This document shows positions 40,965-52,568 of a DNA stretch of 56,660 bases, one piece after another. A program made the position numbers and the translations under genes. Source of the stretch: Pseudomonadota bacterium (GTDB lineage Bacteria > Pseudomonadota > Gammaproteobacteria > JAJDOJ01). Numbering within the stretch: the stretch's first letter is position 1; the number at the start of each line of letters is the position of its first letter. A model generated the notes under the pieces. The model did no database searches. It was given only the letters and a program-made list of their open reading frames with translations, and was not told the DNA's origin. The stretch lies in assembly GCA_034722015.1 (NCBI GenBank), contig JAYENI010000213.1:1-56660 (forward strand), given 5' to 3'.

Positions 40965-42475
40965 TGCCCGCGATGCGCTCCGACACCCAATGGCGCCTCT
41001 GCGGATTGCTGCGGGGTCTGTCAACGGTCTCTCCCGTGGATGATGTGCCGGTCGAAGGCCTGTCGATGGATAGCCGACAGGTGCGGCCGGGTGACCTGTT
41101 TGTTGCGTGCGCAGGGGATCGGGCCCACGGCCTGCAGCATCTGGACGAGGCGATCTCGCGCGGCGCCGTGGCGATCGCCTGGGAGCCGGCGCCGGGTGTT
41201 GAGGCGCCGGCCACGGTGCCCGGGATACCGCTCGCGCAAGTTTCCGACCTTCGGCGCCGGGCCGGTGAAATCGCCGACCGGTTCTATTCGCATCCCTCGA
41301 CGGAACTGAACGTCATCGGCGTCACCGGGACCGACGGAAAAACCTCCGTCAGTCAGTTCATCGCCCAGGCGCTCGATGAGGGGGTCGGACGCTGCGCCGT
41401 GGTCGGGACACTGGGATACGGATTGTTCGACGAGCTGGAACCCGGCGCGCACACGACGCCGGACGCGGTGACCCTGCAACGCGTTCTGAGTGAATTTCGT
41501 TCCCGCGGGGCGACCAGCGTTGTCATGGAAGTTTCGTCTCACGCCCTCGATCAGGCGCGGGTCGGAGGGGTGTCTTTCAATGTCGCGGTGTTGACCAACC
41601 TGAGCCGCGACCATCTCGACTACCATGGTGACGTCGGCGCCTACCGGGCGGCCAAGGAGAAGCTGTTTTCCATGCCGGGTCTTCGGGATGCGGTACTGAA
41701 TCTCGATGATGATTTCGGTCGCGAACTGGCGGCAGGCCTTTCCGCGGGTATCGATCGCCTCGGCGTGACGCTGGCGGGCAGCCAATTCCCGGGGATGGAG
41801 ATCGTCGAGGCAACCGTGGTGGATCCGCGGCCAGGGGGACTGAGCCTGCAGGTCCAAACGCCATTCGGAAGCGGTCGGATCGACAGCGGGCTCCTGGGCC
41901 GGTTCAACGCATTCAATCTCCTTGAGTCCCTGGCCGTGCTGCTGAGACTCGGGGTATCACTGGACGATGGCCTGACTCGCCTCTCCCGCACCCGGACCGT
42001 CGCGGGACGCATGGAGCCATTCGGAGGCGGGATCCGGCCGCTCGTCATCGTCGACTTCGCGCACACCGAGGCGGCGCTGCGCAACGCGCTTGCCGCGGCG
42101 CGCGAGCATGTCCGCGGGAAACTCTGGTGCGTATTCGGCTGCGGGGGTGACCGGGACAGCGGCAAGCGTCCGTTGATGGGGGCCGCCGCCGAGCAGGGGG
42201 CCGACCACGTCATCGTGACCGACGACAACCCCAGGTCCGAGAATCCCGCGGCCATTGCAAGCGACATTCTTTCCGGCATACGTTACCCGCAGACGGTGCG
42301 AGTCGAGCACGACCGGGGACGGGCGATCCGTGCCGCGATCGACGCGTCGGGCCCGGGGGACGCCGTTCTCGTAGCCGGAAAGGGGCACGAGACCATGCAG
42401 ACCGGCGCGTCGGGATCAGTAGCGTTCAGCGACAGGGAGACGGTCGCGGAATATCTCGGGATGGCGCCGGCATGA
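40961..42475 (+). CDS. murE: UDP-MurNAc-tripeptide synthetase (meso-DAP type)
   Basis: GVTGTDGKT, MEVSSH, DHLDYH, DNPR, AGKGHE. Confidence 0.96.
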   Translation: MMPAMRSDTQWRLCGLLRGLSTVSPVDDVPVEGLSMDSRQVRPGDLFVACAGDRAHGLQHLDEAISRGAVAIAWEPAPGVEAPATVPGIPLAQVSDLRRRAGEIADRFYSHPSTELNVIGVTGTDGKTSVSQFIAQALDEGVGRCAVVGTLGYGLFDELEPGAHTTPDAVTLQRVLSEFRSRGATSVVMEVSSHALDQARVGGVSFNVAVLTNLSRDHLDYHGDVGAYRAAKEKLFSMPGLRDAVLNLDDDFGRELAAGLSAGIDRLGVTLAGSQFPGMEIVEATVVDPRPGGLSLQVQTPFGSGRIDSGLLGRFNAFNLLESLAVLLRLGVSLDDGLTRLSRTRTVAGRMEPFGGGIRPLVIVDFAHTEAALRNALAAAREHVRGKLWCVFGCGGDRDSGKRPLMGAAAEQGADHVIVTDDNPRSENPAAIASDILSGIRYPQTVRVEHDRGRAIRAAIDASGPGDAVLVAGKGHETMQTGASGSVAFSDRETVAEYLGMAPA

Positions 42476-43845
42476 CGTGGCTGAGACTCAGCGAACTGGC
42501 GGGCATGGCCGGTGGGCGCCTGATGGGGGACGATGCGCCCGTGACGTCCGTGTCGACCGACACGCGCAGGCTGGAGGCAGGGCAATTGTTCGTCGCCCTG
42601 GGCGGCCCGAACTTCGATGCGCATGCCCTGATCGAGGCGGGCGCCGCCGGACAGGCGGCCGGAGTCCTGGTGGGCAGGCGCCTTTCCGCGTCCCTGCCGC
42701 AGATCGTTGTCGACGACACGCTCGAGGGCCTGACCCGTATGGCCGGCGCATGGCGGCGGCGGTTTGCCGCACGTGTCGTCGCCCTGACGGGCAGCAATGG
42801 CAAGACGACGGTGAAGGAGATGACGGCGGCCATTCTCCGGCAGGCCGGCGCCGTCCTGGCAACGCGGGGAAATCTGAACAACCACATCGGCGTGCCGCTC
42901 ACCCTGCTGTCGGTCAGGCCGGATCACCGGTTCGCCGTGGTCGAAATGGGCGCGAACCACCCGGGAGAGATCCGGGTGCTCACAATGATTGCCGCGCCGG
43001 ACGCGGCGCTCGTCAACAACGCCGGACCTGCGCACCTCGAGGGCTTCGGAGACCTGGAAGGCGTGGCACGGGGCAAGGGCGAGATTTTTTCCGGCCTCAC
43101 TGCAGGGGGTACGGCCGTCATCAATGCCGATGACCCGTTTTACCCTTACTGGATGGACCTGACGCGGAGGCGCGAGACCATCACATTTGGTTTTGCATCC
43201 GGGGCCGACGTCAGGGGCGCCTGGATCTCGGGCGCACCGCTTTCGGTCAGCACGCCGTCGGGCGCTTTTGAGATCGACTTGCCGCTGGAAGGCCGCCACA
43301 ACGCCCTGAACGCGCTGGCCGCCACGGCCCTTTCGCTTTCCGCGGGGGCAACGACGGACCAGATCGTCCTCGGACTGGCGCGGGTGAGACCGGTCGGGGG
43401 GCGACTGAATACCCGCGCGGGTGTCGCGGGCGCCGAGATCATCGACGATACCTACAATGCCAACCCGGCGTCACTTGCCGCTGCCCTGGACGTCGTGTCA
43501 AACCTTGGCGGTGAGACCTGGCTGGTCCTGGGAGACATGGGCGAACTGGGCGCGGAGGCGGCCGGGCTGCACGAGCGGGCCGGGGAACTCGCGCGTCGGG
43601 CCGGCGTGACGCGATTGTACGCAGTGGGGCCGTTGAGTCGGGGTGCGGCGTCCTCGTTCGGCGCCGGGGCCCGGCACTTCGACGACACGCAGGCGCTTGC
43701 CGCGTCCGTTGCTCCGGACCTTCGCTCCGGCATTCGGGTGCTGGTCAAGGGTTCGCGCGCGATGCATCTGGAGCGCCTGGTGGCGGTGTTGACGCGAGCC
43801 GGGACCGGGGACGAATCGCGTCAGGGGGCGGAAGATGCTGCTTAG
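42472..43845 (+). CDS. murF: UDP-MurNAc-pentapeptide synthetase
   Basis: [41 protein letters not shown]. Confidence 0.96.
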   Translation: MTWLRLSELAGMAGGRLMGDDAPVTSVSTDTRRLEAGQLFVALGGPNFDAHALIEAGAAGQAAGVLVGRRLSASLPQIVVDDTLEGLTRMAGAWRRRFAARVVALTGSNGKTTVKEMTAAILRQAGAVLATRGNLNNHIGVPLTLLSVRPDHRFAVVEMGANHPGEIRVLTMIAAPDAALVNNAGPAHLEGFGDLEGVARGKGEIFSGLTAGGTAVINADDPFYPYWMDLTRRRETITFGFASGADVRGAWISGAPLSVSTPSGAFEIDLPLEGRHNALNALAATALSLSAGATTDQIVLGLARVRPVGGRLNTRAGVAGAEIIDDTYNANPASLAAALDVVSNLGGETWLVLGDMGELGAEAAGLHERAGELARRAGVTRLYAVGPLSRGAASSFGAGARHFDDTQALAASVAPDLRSGIRVLVKGSRAMHLERLVAVLTRAGTGDESRQGAEDAA

Positions 43846-44917
43846 CCTGGCCGAGTATCTGCAGCAGTACCACAGCGTTTTCAACGTGTTTCAGTACATC
43901 ACGCTGCGCGGAATCCTGGGTGTGCTCACCGCGTTGATCATCTCTTTTCTCGTCGGCCCGACAATGATTCGCCGCCTCGCCTATCTCAATATCGGGCAGC
44001 AGGTCCGCGAGGACGGACCGAGCAGCCATTTGACCAAGGCGGGGACACCGACCATGGGTGGCGCGCTGATCCTGGTCGCCGTCGCTGTGAGCACCCTGCT
44101 ATGGGGAGATCTGGGCAGCCGGTATCTGTGGGTGACGCTCCTGGTCACGCTGGCGTTCGGTCTGATCGGTGGCGTGGATGACTATCTCAAATTGCGCTAC
44201 GGGAACAGCCGCGGTCTGTCGGCGCGCTCCAAGATTTTCTGGCAATCCGTGGTGGCGCTGGCTGCGGCAGTGATTCTCTATACCACCGCAGCGTTACCGG
44301 TCGAGACCCAGCTGATCGTGCCTTTTTTCAAGCACGTGGTGATCGACCTAGGCTGGCTCTATATCCCCCTGGTCTATTTCGTGGTCGTCGGCACGAGCAA
44401 CGCCGTGAACCTGACCGACGGGCTCGACGGCCTGGCGATCATGCCGACTGTCCTCGTCGCCGGGGCGCTGGGTGTGTTCGCCTACGTCAGTGGACACGCG
44501 AACTTCGCGGCCTATCTGCAGATTCCTTCCATTCCCGGCGCCGGGGAACTCGTGGTGTTCTGCGGCGCCCTGGTCGGGGCGGGGCTGGGATTCCTTTGGT
44601 TCAACGCCTATCCGGCACAGGTGTTCATGGGGGATGTGGGTGCGCTGGCCATTGGCGCGGCCCTGGGGCTCCTCGCGGTGATCGTCCGGCAGGAACTGGT
44701 GCTGGTGATCATGGGCGGCGTCTTCGTGATGGAGGCGGTCTCGGTGATCCTGCAGGTTGCCTCCTTCAAGCTGACCGGCCGGCGGATCTTCCGCATGGCA
44801 CCGTTGCACCACCACTTCGAACTTCGCGGTTGGCCGGAGCCGCGCGTGATCGTCCGCTTCTGGATCATTACCGTCATCCTGGTCCTGATCGGTCTGGCGA
44901 CCCTGAAGGTCCGGTGA
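43835..44917 (+). CDS. mraY: Phospho-N-acetylmuramoyl-pentapeptide transferase
   Basis: [36 protein letters not shown]. Confidence 0.97.
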   Translation: MLLSLAEYLQQYHSVFNVFQYITLRGILGVLTALIISFLVGPTMIRRLAYLNIGQQVREDGPSSHLTKAGTPTMGGALILVAVAVSTLLWGDLGSRYLWVTLLVTLAFGLIGGVDDYLKLRYGNSRGLSARSKIFWQSVVALAAAVILYTTAALPVETQLIVPFFKHVVIDLGWLYIPLVYFVVVGTSNAVNLTDGLDGLAIMPTVLVAGALGVFAYVSGHANFAAYLQIPSIPGAGELVVFCGALVGAGLGFLWFNAYPAQVFMGDVGALAIGAALGLLAVIVRQELVLVIMGGVFVMEAVSVILQVASFKLTGRRIFRMAPLHHHFELRGWPEPRVIVRFWIITVILVLIGLATLKVR

Positions 44918-44930
44918 GGGGGCGGGGATC

Positions 44931-46271
44931 ATGTTGATGCAATCGATCATTGATACGCCCTACCTCATCGTGGGGCTTGGTGAAACCGGGCTGTCGGTTG
45001 CGAGGTACCTGTATGCCAGGGGGTACCGTTTCGAGGTGGCGGATACCCGGAACGCACCGCCGGGGCTGGATCGCCTGCGCGCGCTGGCCCCGGAGATCCC
45101 GGTCTTGCTGGGACCGCTGGACGCGGAACGACTGGCCACTGCCGATACGCTCGTGGTGAGTCCCGGGGTGTCGCTGGCGGATCCGGCCATCCGCTCGGCC
45201 CGGTCCCGGGGTGCCGAGGTCATCGGCGATATCGAGCTTTTTGCACGCGAGGCGCGCGCTCCGATCGCCGCGATTACCGGTTCCAACGGAAAGAGCAGTG
45301 TGACGACCCTGCTGGCCGGGATGACGGCGGCGACAGGCAGGGAGGTCCGGGCGGGTGGGAATCTTGGCACCCCGGCGCTGGACCTGCTGCCCGGAGGAAA
45401 TCCCGATCTCTACGTGCTCGAGCTGTCGAGTTTTCAGCTGGAATCGACACCGGGCTTGCGCCCGAGGGCGGCCGTCGTGCTCAACGTGACCGCGGACCAC
45501 ATGGATCGCTATCCCGACCTGAACGCCTACGCTCGCGCCAAGTCAGCCATCTACGAAGGTGCCGACGCGCGAATCGTGAACCGCGATGATCCCCTGGTCG
45601 CCGCCATGGCCTCGGGCGCGAACTGCATCGGATTTGGTCTCGGGGTACCGAAGGAGGGCGATTACGGGCTATTGATGACGGGCGCCCGACAGTGGATCGC
45701 GCGAGGTCGGGAGAGATTGCTCGGGATCGACGAATTGCGGTTACGGGGATCCCACAATCTGGCCAACGTGCTGGCCGCGCTGGCGATGGGAGAGGCGTTG
45801 GGGCTGGAGCTGGACGCGATGCTGCGGGCAGCCGGCAGCTTCGACGGGCTGCCGCATCGCACGCAGTGGGTGGCGGAGTCGGCCGGCGTGACCTGGTACA
45901 ACGACTCGAAGGGCACGAACGTGGGCGCTACGCTGGCCGCACTGAACGGCATGCCGGGCCCCGGCATCCTGATCGCCGGCGGGATCGGAAAGGGCGCCGA
46001 TTTTGCCCCGCTTGCATCGGCGGTCAGGGACAAGACGCACGGAGTGGTGCTGATCGGACGTGATGCCGCGGCCCTGGCGGCCGCGCTGAAGGGAGCGGCG
46101 CCGATCGAATTGGCGAGCGATATGCGTGATGCAGTGCGGCGTGCTGCGCGCATGGCCCGTCGCGGCGACAGCGTGCTGTTGTCACCGGCCTGTGCGAGCT
46201 TCGATATGTTCGAGGGCTACGCCGAGCGCGGCGAGGCGTTCATGGAAGCGGTCCGGGAGCAGATCGCATGA
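44931..46271 (+). CDS. murD: UDP-MurNAc-L-Ala--D-Glu ligase
   Basis: VSPG, ITGSNGKS, ELSSFQLE, NDSKGTN, LLSPACASFD. Confidence 0.96.
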   Translation: MLMQSIIDTPYLIVGLGETGLSVARYLYARGYRFEVADTRNAPPGLDRLRALAPEIPVLLGPLDAERLATADTLVVSPGVSLADPAIRSARSRGAEVIGDIELFAREARAPIAAITGSNGKSSVTTLLAGMTAATGREVRAGGNLGTPALDLLPGGNPDLYVLELSSFQLESTPGLRPRAAVVLNVTADHMDRYPDLNAYARAKSAIYEGADARIVNRDDPLVAAMASGANCIGFGLGVPKEGDYGLLMTGARQWIARGRERLLGIDELRLRGSHNLANVLAALAMGEALGLELDAMLRAAGSFDGLPHRTQWVAESAGVTWYNDSKGTNVGATLAALNGMPGPGILIAGGIGKGADFAPLASAVRDKTHGVVLIGRDAAALAAALKGAAPIELASDMRDAVRRAARMARRGDSVLLSPACASFDMFEGYAERGEAFMEAVREQIA

Positions 46272-47443
46272 GCGGCGTGGCGCAGGCGGTTCCGGGCGCC
46301 GGTCGCAGTGCGGCTTACTGCATCGATCGCAGACTGGACTCGTGGTTGCTCTTCGCCACCGTGGCACTGGCGAGCATCGGGCTGGTGATGGTGGCTTCCG
46401 CCTCGATCGGAATCTCCGAGGATCCCCTGTTCTATTTCCGGCGCCAGCTGGTCTTCGTCCTGGGCGGTGCGGTGATCATCGCGCTCGCCTGGCGTGTTCC
46501 CCTGAGGGTGTGCGGAAGCCTTGCCGCACCCCTGCTGATTCTCGTCATGGTCATGCTGGCGCTGGTACTGATCCCCGGCATCGGGCACGAGGTCAACGGG
46601 AGCCGCCGCTGGATACCACTGGGTGCACTGAACCTTCAGGTGTCCGAAGTCGCCAAGCTGGTGTTCGTACTGTACACCGCGGGCTACCTGGTCAGGCGCC
46701 GGGAGCAGGTGTGCGAGCGGTTTTCCGGGTTCGTCAAACCCGTCCTCCTGGCACTCGTTGCATCCGTGCTGCTGATCCTGGAACCGGATTTCGGGGCAGT
46801 GGTGGTTCTGATGAGTGTGGTGCTCGGTATGCTGTTCATCGCCGGTGCGCGTCTGTGGCAGTTCAGTGCACTGCTCCTGGCCGCGGCGGGTTCGATGACC
46901 GTGATCGCCATCACCTCGCCATACCGCCTGAATCGAATCACCTCGTTTCTCGACCCCTGGTCGGACCCCTACAACAGCGGTTTCCAGTTGACCCAGTCGC
47001 TGATCGCGATCGGCAGTGGCGGCTGGGCGGGTATGGGACTTGGCGGCAGCATCCAGAAGTTGCACTACCTGCCGGAGGCGCACACCGATTTTCTCTTTGC
47101 GGTGCTCGCAGAGGAGCTGGGCCTGGTGGGTGGTGTCGCCGTGATCGGCCTGTTTGCGCTTTTTGTCTGGCGCTGTTTCGTCATCGCCCGAAGGGCCGAG
47201 GTCGCGGAGCTGCCTTTCGCAGGCTGGATCGCCTGGGGTGTCGGCATCTGGTTCGGCTTGCAGGCCTTTATCAACATCGGCGTCAACATGGGCGTCCTGC
47301 CCACCAAGGGCCTGACGCTGCCGCTGATGAGTGCCGGCGGCAGCAGCATGCTGGTTTCCTGCGCCGCGGTGGGGCTGGTGCTCCGTGCCTCGAGGGAAGT
47401 GTGCGAGTGCTACCCCGTCGGTGCTGAGGGCAGGACGTCGTGA
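46268..47443 (+). CDS. ftsW: SEDS peptidoglycan polymerase FtsW
   Basis: VNGSRRW, EPDFG, YLPEAHTDF, LPTKGLTLP. Confidence 0.96.
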   Translation: MSGVAQAVPGAGRSAAYCIDRRLDSWLLFATVALASIGLVMVASASIGISEDPLFYFRRQLVFVLGGAVIIALAWRVPLRVCGSLAAPLLILVMVMLALVLIPGIGHEVNGSRRWIPLGALNLQVSEVAKLVFVLYTAGYLVRRREQVCERFSGFVKPVLLALVASVLLILEPDFGAVVVLMSVVLGMLFIAGARLWQFSALLLAAAGSMTVIAITSPYRLNRITSFLDPWSDPYNSGFQLTQSLIAIGSGGWAGMGLGGSIQKLHYLPEAHTDFLFAVLAEELGLVGGVAVIGLFALFVWRCFVIARRAEVAELPFAGWIAWGVGIWFGLQAFINIGVNMGVLPTKGLTLPLMSAGGSSMLVSCAAVGLVLRASREVCECYPVGAEGRTS

Positions 47444-48534
47444 GCGGGCGCCCGGTCATGATCCTGGCGGGCGGGACCGGAGGACACGTGTACCCGGCCC
47501 TCGCGGTCGCCCGCAAGCTCCTCAGTATGGAGGTGCCGGTCGTCTGGATGGGGACCCGTCAGGGTCTGGAGGCCAACGTGGTTCCGCAGGCGGGCATTCC
47601 CATCGACTGGTTATCGATCAGCGGCCTGCGCGGCAAGGGGGCCTGGACCTGGTTTACCGCGCCCTTCCGTCTGAATCTCGCGATCATGCAGGCGCTCGGC
47701 ATCATGATCAGGCGCAAGCCGCGCGCGGTCCTGGGGATGGGAGGTTTTGTCGCGGGCCCCGGTGGGGTCGTCGCCTTTCTCCTGCAACGCTATCTGGTGA
47801 TTCATGAGCAGAACGCGGTTGCCGGGTTGACGAACCGGCTGCTCCGGCCCTTGTGTGACCGGGTACTGGAGGGCTTTCCGGCCGCCTTCGGTAACGCGAA
47901 GGCCACTCATGTGGGCAATCCGGTTCGTGCCGACATCGCCGCGATCGCTCCACCGGCCGATAGGTTCGGCGACAGGGTCGGCAAGCCGAGGCTTCTCGTG
48001 CTGGGTGGCAGTCTTGGCGCGCAGGCATTGAACGAGGTGGTGCCGCAGGCGCTCGCGCGTCTCGATCCGGCGTCGCGCCCCGAGGTCATCCACCAGGCGG
48101 GCCGCCGCAATATCGACGCCGCCGCGCAGGGCTACAAACAGTCCGGCGTTCAGGCGGATGTACGATCTTATATCGAGGACATGGCCGAGGCCTACGGCTG
48201 GGCCGATCTGGTGCTGTGCCGGGCCGGCGCCCTGACGATCGCCGAACTGTCGGCGGCGGGTGTGGGCTCGATCCTGGTCCCCTATCCCAGCGCGGTAGAT
48301 GATCACCAGACGGCCAATGCCGCTTACCTCGAGTCTGCCGGGGCAGGGATCATCGTGCAGCAGCGCGAACTCGACGAGGCGCGCCTCGCATCGCTCCTGC
48401 GGGAACTCTGTTCGGACCGGGAGCGGCTGCTTGCCATGGCCTGCGCGGCGCGCGAACTGGCGAGACCGGGAGCGGCGGATACGGTGGCCAACATCTGCCT
48501 TGGCGGACGGGAATCGACGGGGGCGACGGCATGA
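47440..48534 (+). CDS. murG: Lipid II GlcNAc transferase
   Basis: AGGTGGHVYP, HEQN, GGSLGA, RAGALT, DDHQTANA. Confidence 0.96.
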   Translation: MSGRPVMILAGGTGGHVYPALAVARKLLSMEVPVVWMGTRQGLEANVVPQAGIPIDWLSISGLRGKGAWTWFTAPFRLNLAIMQALGIMIRRKPRAVLGMGGFVAGPGGVVAFLLQRYLVIHEQNAVAGLTNRLLRPLCDRVLEGFPAAFGNAKATHVGNPVRADIAAIAPPADRFGDRVGKPRLLVLGGSLGAQALNEVVPQALARLDPASRPEVIHQAGRRNIDAAAQGYKQSGVQADVRSYIEDMAEAYGWADLVLCRAGALTIAELSAAGVGSILVPYPSAVDDHQTANAAYLESAGAGIIVQQRELDEARLASLLRELCSDRERLLAMACAARELARPGAADTVANICLGGRESTGATA

Positions 48535-49949
48535 ACCCCGAGATGACCATGCACAGGGTCCGACGCGTGCATTTCGTCGGCGTGGGCGGTGCCGGCATGG
48601 GCGGCATTGCCGAGGTGCTGGCGAATCTCGGCTACGAGGTTTCCGGGTCGGACATTGCGGAGAACAGCGTCACCCGGCGTCTTACGGGGCTCGGCGTCCG
48701 CATCGTCCGCGACCATGCGGCGGCGAACGTGGCAGATACCGACGTCGTCGTCGTGTCGAGCGCGATCACCGATGACAACCCCGAAGTGACGGAGGCGCGT
48801 ACGCGGCGGATCCCGGTCGTACCGCGGGCCGAGATGCTGGCCGAACTGATGCGGTTTCGATTCGGCATCGCGGTGGCCGGCACGCACGGCAAGACGACGA
48901 CGACCAGCCTGGTCGCGGCAGTACTTGCTGAGGGTGATCTGGATCCGACCTGGGTCGTGGGCGGACGGGTCAACAGCTCGGCGAGCCACGCGAAACTCGG
49001 CGCCGGAAAATATCTGGTCGCGGAGGCCGACGAGAGCGATGCCTCGTTCCTGTATCTTCAGCCCGTTATCGCAGTGGTGACCAATATCGACGCCGATCAC
49101 CTCGGTACCTACCAGGGTGACTTCCGGAACCTGGTGGCGACCTTCGCGGAGTTCCTTCATCACCTGCCTTTCTACGGTCTCGCGGTGCTCTGCGTCGAGG
49201 ACGAGACGGTACGGGCTCTCATGGATCAGATCGCCCGCCCCGTACGGAGTTACGGTTTTTCGGAATCCGCCGACGTTCGTGCTGGTGACCTGCAATTCGA
49301 GGGTGCCTGCTCCCGGTTCACCGTGCACCTTCCCGGTGGTGCGAGCTTCGGCGTTCGGTTGAGCATGCCCGGGCGGCACAACGTCCTGAATGCGCTGGCG
49401 GCGATCGCCGTGGCACACGAACTCGGTGTCGGGGAGGTCGCGATCAGGCAGGCGCTCGATGGTTTTCAGGGGATCCTCAGACGCTTCCAGGACTACGGCG
49501 ACATCCCCGTTGCGGGCGGCGAGATCCGTCTGATCGACGACTACGCCCACCATCCCACGGAAATCCAGGCGACGCTGGACGCGGTGCGCGAGGCGTGGCC
49601 GCACCGGCGACTGCTCGTCGTGTTCCAGCCGCATCGCTACACGCGCACAAGGGACCTGTTCGAGGACTTCGCCACTGTCCTCAACCAGGTCGATACGCTG
49701 GTCATGCTGGATGTTTATGCGGCGTCGGAGGACGTCATCCCGGACGCCGACAGCCGCTCCCTGTGCCGGGCGCTGCGCGCCCGCGGCAAGCTGGAGCCGG
49801 TCTTCGTGGAGACCATCGACGGACTGCCGGAGGCCCTGGGGGACCTGGTCGAGGGCGGGGACGTGCTGCTGACCCTTGGCGCCGGCAGTATCGGCGCGGC
49901 GGCCGCCGCGTTGCCCGGGCGTCTTGCCGCGGGAGGGGGGGCGCAATGA
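48531..49949 (+). CDS. murC: UDP-MurNAc--L-Ala ligase
   Basis: GVGGAGMG, AGTHGKTTTT, EADESD, DDYAHHPTE, FQPHRYTRT. Confidence 0.96.
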   Translation: MNPEMTMHRVRRVHFVGVGGAGMGGIAEVLANLGYEVSGSDIAENSVTRRLTGLGVRIVRDHAAANVADTDVVVVSSAITDDNPEVTEARTRRIPVVPRAEMLAELMRFRFGIAVAGTHGKTTTTSLVAAVLAEGDLDPTWVVGGRVNSSASHAKLGAGKYLVAEADESDASFLYLQPVIAVVTNIDADHLGTYQGDFRNLVATFAEFLHHLPFYGLAVLCVEDETVRALMDQIARPVRSYGFSESADVRAGDLQFEGACSRFTVHLPGGASFGVRLSMPGRHNVLNALAAIAVAHELGVGEVAIRQALDGFQGILRRFQDYGDIPVAGGEIRLIDDYAHHPTEIQATLDAVREAWPHRRLLVVFQPHRYTRTRDLFEDFATVLNQVDTLVMLDVYAASEDVIPDADSRSLCRALRARGKLEPVFVETIDGLPEALGDLVEGGDVLLTLGAGSIGAAAAALPGRLAAGGGAQ

Positions 49950-50848
49950 TGGCGCGGGAACGTGAGCCGTCGATACGCGGGACCCTCGGTTATGCGGAGC
50001 CCCTGCGCGCACTGAACGGCTGGCGCGTGGGTGGCGAGGCGGAATGTCTCTTTCGACCGGCGGATCTTGAGGACCTTCGGTTGTTTATGCGTTCCGGGAT
50101 GGCGATCGAGCCGCTCACCTGGCTGGGGCTGGGCAGTAACGTCCTCATCCGTGACGGTGGTGTCCGCGGCACCGTCGTCGCACTGCACGGCGCGCTGGAC
50201 GGGTTGACCCTGACCGGCGCGCGGCAAATGACTGCCGAGGCCGGTGTGCCCTGCGCCAAGGTGGCGCGGTTCGCGGCCCGCGAGGGACTGGCCGGAGCCG
50301 AATTTCTGGCGGGAATTCCCGGCACCATGGGTGGGGCGCTGGCGATGAACGCGGGCGCCTTCGGCGGGGAGACGTGGGACGTTGTCGAGGCCGTGACCAC
50401 CATCGACCGCAACGGGGTGCTGCGAGAGCGCGGCGCGGACGAATTCCGGACCGGATACCGGTTTGTGGACGGACCGCAAGGGGAATGGTTCGTAGCGACG
50501 CGCCTCGCGCTCGAATCGGGTGCCTCGCAGGCGGGCAGGGAACGAATCAGGGAGCTGCTGGCGCGTCGCGGCGCCACGCAGCCTACCGGTTTGCCGAGCT
50601 GCGGTTCGGTATTCCGCAACCCGCCAGGCGACCACGCGGCGCGTCTGATCGAATCCGCGGGTCTCAAGGGCGTCTGCATTGGCGGGGCGTGCGTGTCGGA
50701 AAAACACGCCAATTTCATCGTCAATATGGGCGAGGCGAGTGCCGCGGACATCGAAACACTCATTCGCCACGTGCAGGCCGAGGTGGCGGCGCGGCACGGG
50801 GTGGACCTGCTCGCCGAGGTCCGCATCCTCGGGGAGCCGGTGTCATGA
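49946..50848 (+). CDS. murB: UDP-N-acetylenolpyruvoylglucosamine reductase
   Basis: GLGSNVL, GIPGTMGGALAMNAGA, GSVFRNP, SEKHANF. Confidence 0.95.
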   Translation: MMAREREPSIRGTLGYAEPLRALNGWRVGGEAECLFRPADLEDLRLFMRSGMAIEPLTWLGLGSNVLIRDGGVRGTVVALHGALDGLTLTGARQMTAEAGVPCAKVARFAAREGLAGAEFLAGIPGTMGGALAMNAGAFGGETWDVVEAVTTIDRNGVLRERGADEFRTGYRFVDGPQGEWFVATRLALESGASQAGRERIRELLARRGATQPTGLPSCGSVFRNPPGDHAARLIESAGLKGVCIGGACVSEKHANFIVNMGEASAADIETLIRHVQAEVAARHGVDLLAEVRILGEPVS

Positions 50849-51771
50849 ACGCCGCTGCGAAGGACTACGGACGGGTGGGCGTGCTGATGGGGGGCTGGTC
50901 GGCTGAACGCGAGATTTCCCTGGTGAGTGGACGCGCGGTGCTGGCGGCGCTGGAAACCGCGGGCGTGGACGCCCGCGGGGTCGATTTCGGGCGCGACGCC
51001 TGTGATGTCCTCGCCTCGGGCGGATTTGATCGGGTCTTTATCGCCCTGCACGGGCGGACAGGCGAGGACGGTTGCATCCAGGGGCTGCTGGACATACTCG
51101 ACCTGCCCTATACCGGCAGCGGCGTGGTGGGATCGGCGGTGTGCATGGACAAGGTCACGACAAAGCGGATCTGGAACGGGTCCGGTCTGCCCACCCCGGC
51201 CTTTACGGAGTTCGATGCCGGTACCGATCCGGAGTTCCTGGCGCAGCGGGTGGGATTTCCACTGATCGTCAAGCCCGCGTTGGAGGGTTCGAGTCTCGGG
51301 ATGCGCAAGGTGGATCTCCCCGACCAGGTGTCCGGCGCGCACGAACAGGCCGCGGGTTATCGCTGCCCGGTCATGGCCGAGGCATGGGTCACGGGCACGG
51401 AGTACACCGTCGCCATCCTCGACGGCGCGGCGCTGCCAATGATTCGTCTGGAGACACCACGCGAATTCTACGATTACGAGGCCAAGTATCGGGCCATCGA
51501 TACGCAATACATCATCCCCTGCGGTTTGAGTCCGCGGCGTGAGAGGGAGATTCAGGACCTGTCTCTGGCGGCATTCCGGGTCACGGGTGCTACCGGTTGG
51601 GGGCGGGTGGATCTTCTCATCGACGGGCAGGGCGATCCCTGGCTGATCGAGGTCAACACCGTTCCCGGCATGACCGACCACAGCCTCGTGCCGATGGCCG
51701 CCGCGGCCGGCGGATTGAGCTTCGGACAGCTGGTTCTGCGCATCCTCGATACCGCGGGGACGGGAAAATGA
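50845..51771 (+). CDS. ddl: D-alanine--D-alanine ligase
   Basis: GGWSAEREISL, LHGRTGEDG, EGSS, YDYEAKY, EVNTVPGMT. Confidence 0.96.
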   Translation: MNAAAKDYGRVGVLMGGWSAEREISLVSGRAVLAALETAGVDARGVDFGRDACDVLASGGFDRVFIALHGRTGEDGCIQGLLDILDLPYTGSGVVGSAVCMDKVTTKRIWNGSGLPTPAFTEFDAGTDPEFLAQRVGFPLIVKPALEGSSLGMRKVDLPDQVSGAHEQAAGYRCPVMAEAWVTGTEYTVAILDGAALPMIRLETPREFYDYEAKYRAIDTQYIIPCGLSPRREREIQDLSLAAFRVTGATGWGRVDLLIDGQGDPWLIEVNTVPGMTDHSLVPMAAAAGGLSFGQLVLRILDTAGTGK

Positions 51772-52568
51772 TTCGCCGTCGCAACAGGCAAAGGGGGGCG
51801 ACGGTGGCGTGCTGTGAGTCCGGGTTCAGTCTGCGAGGCTGCGCCTGCGTCCTGCGCGATGCGCTTGTCGCGGGCCTGGTTATCGCGCTGGTGGTGTGGG
51901 GGTGGATGGTTTTGCGGGACCCGGCGATCCTGCCGGTACGAACCGTGGTGATAGAAGGTGAGTATCGATACGTGGACGAGGACGCGCTGCAAGGCGTGGT
52001 TCGCGACTCACTGCGCGGGGGGTTCTTTTCCGTCGGGCTCGGCGGGATCGAGCAATCGCTGGAGGCGACACCCTGGGTCGTGAGCGCGTCGGTACGTCGT
52101 GAATGGCCTGATCGGCTGCGAATCGAGATTGTCGAGAAACAGCCGGTGGCCCGTTGGGGAGACGATGGCCTGGTGACCGGAAAAGGCGACCCGTTTTTTC
52201 CAAAAAGCACGGCGCGATTCCAGGACCTGCCGGTGGTCTACGGACCTGAAGGGGCGGGAAGGGAACTGGTGCGCCGGCTGGGAGAGGTGCGCGAGCTGTT
52301 GAGTGTCGCGGACCTGATGCCGAGAGGCCTGATCGTGGACGAACGCCGCGCCTGGCACCTGTGGCTCGATGGTGGTGTCCGGGTGTCCCTCGGACGGGGT
52401 GATTCGACCGAAGCGGTCGCCCGGTTCGCGCGCGCCTGGACGCAAGCACTGGCCTCCAGGGCGGCACAGGTAAGTACCGTGGATCTGCGTTACACGAACG
52501 GATTCTCCGTGCTCTGGAGGGAAGAATCGGCGCTGGAACAAGAAAACTCAGGAGAGAAACACAGCTGA
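51768..52568 (+). CDS. ftsQ: Cell division protein FtsQ
   Basis: TM, POTRA-like PWV...VRREWPD, DLRYTNG; synteny. Confidence 0.9.
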   Translation: MIRRRNRQRGATVACCESGFSLRGCACVLRDALVAGLVIALVVWGWMVLRDPAILPVRTVVIEGEYRYVDEDALQGVVRDSLRGGFFSVGLGGIEQSLEATPWVVSASVRREWPDRLRIEIVEKQPVARWGDDGLVTGKGDPFFPKSTARFQDLPVVYGPEGAGRELVRRLGEVRELLSVADLMPRGLIVDERRAWHLWLDGGVRVSLGRGDSTEAVARFARAWTQALASRAAQVSTVDLRYTNGFSVLWREESALEQENSGEKHS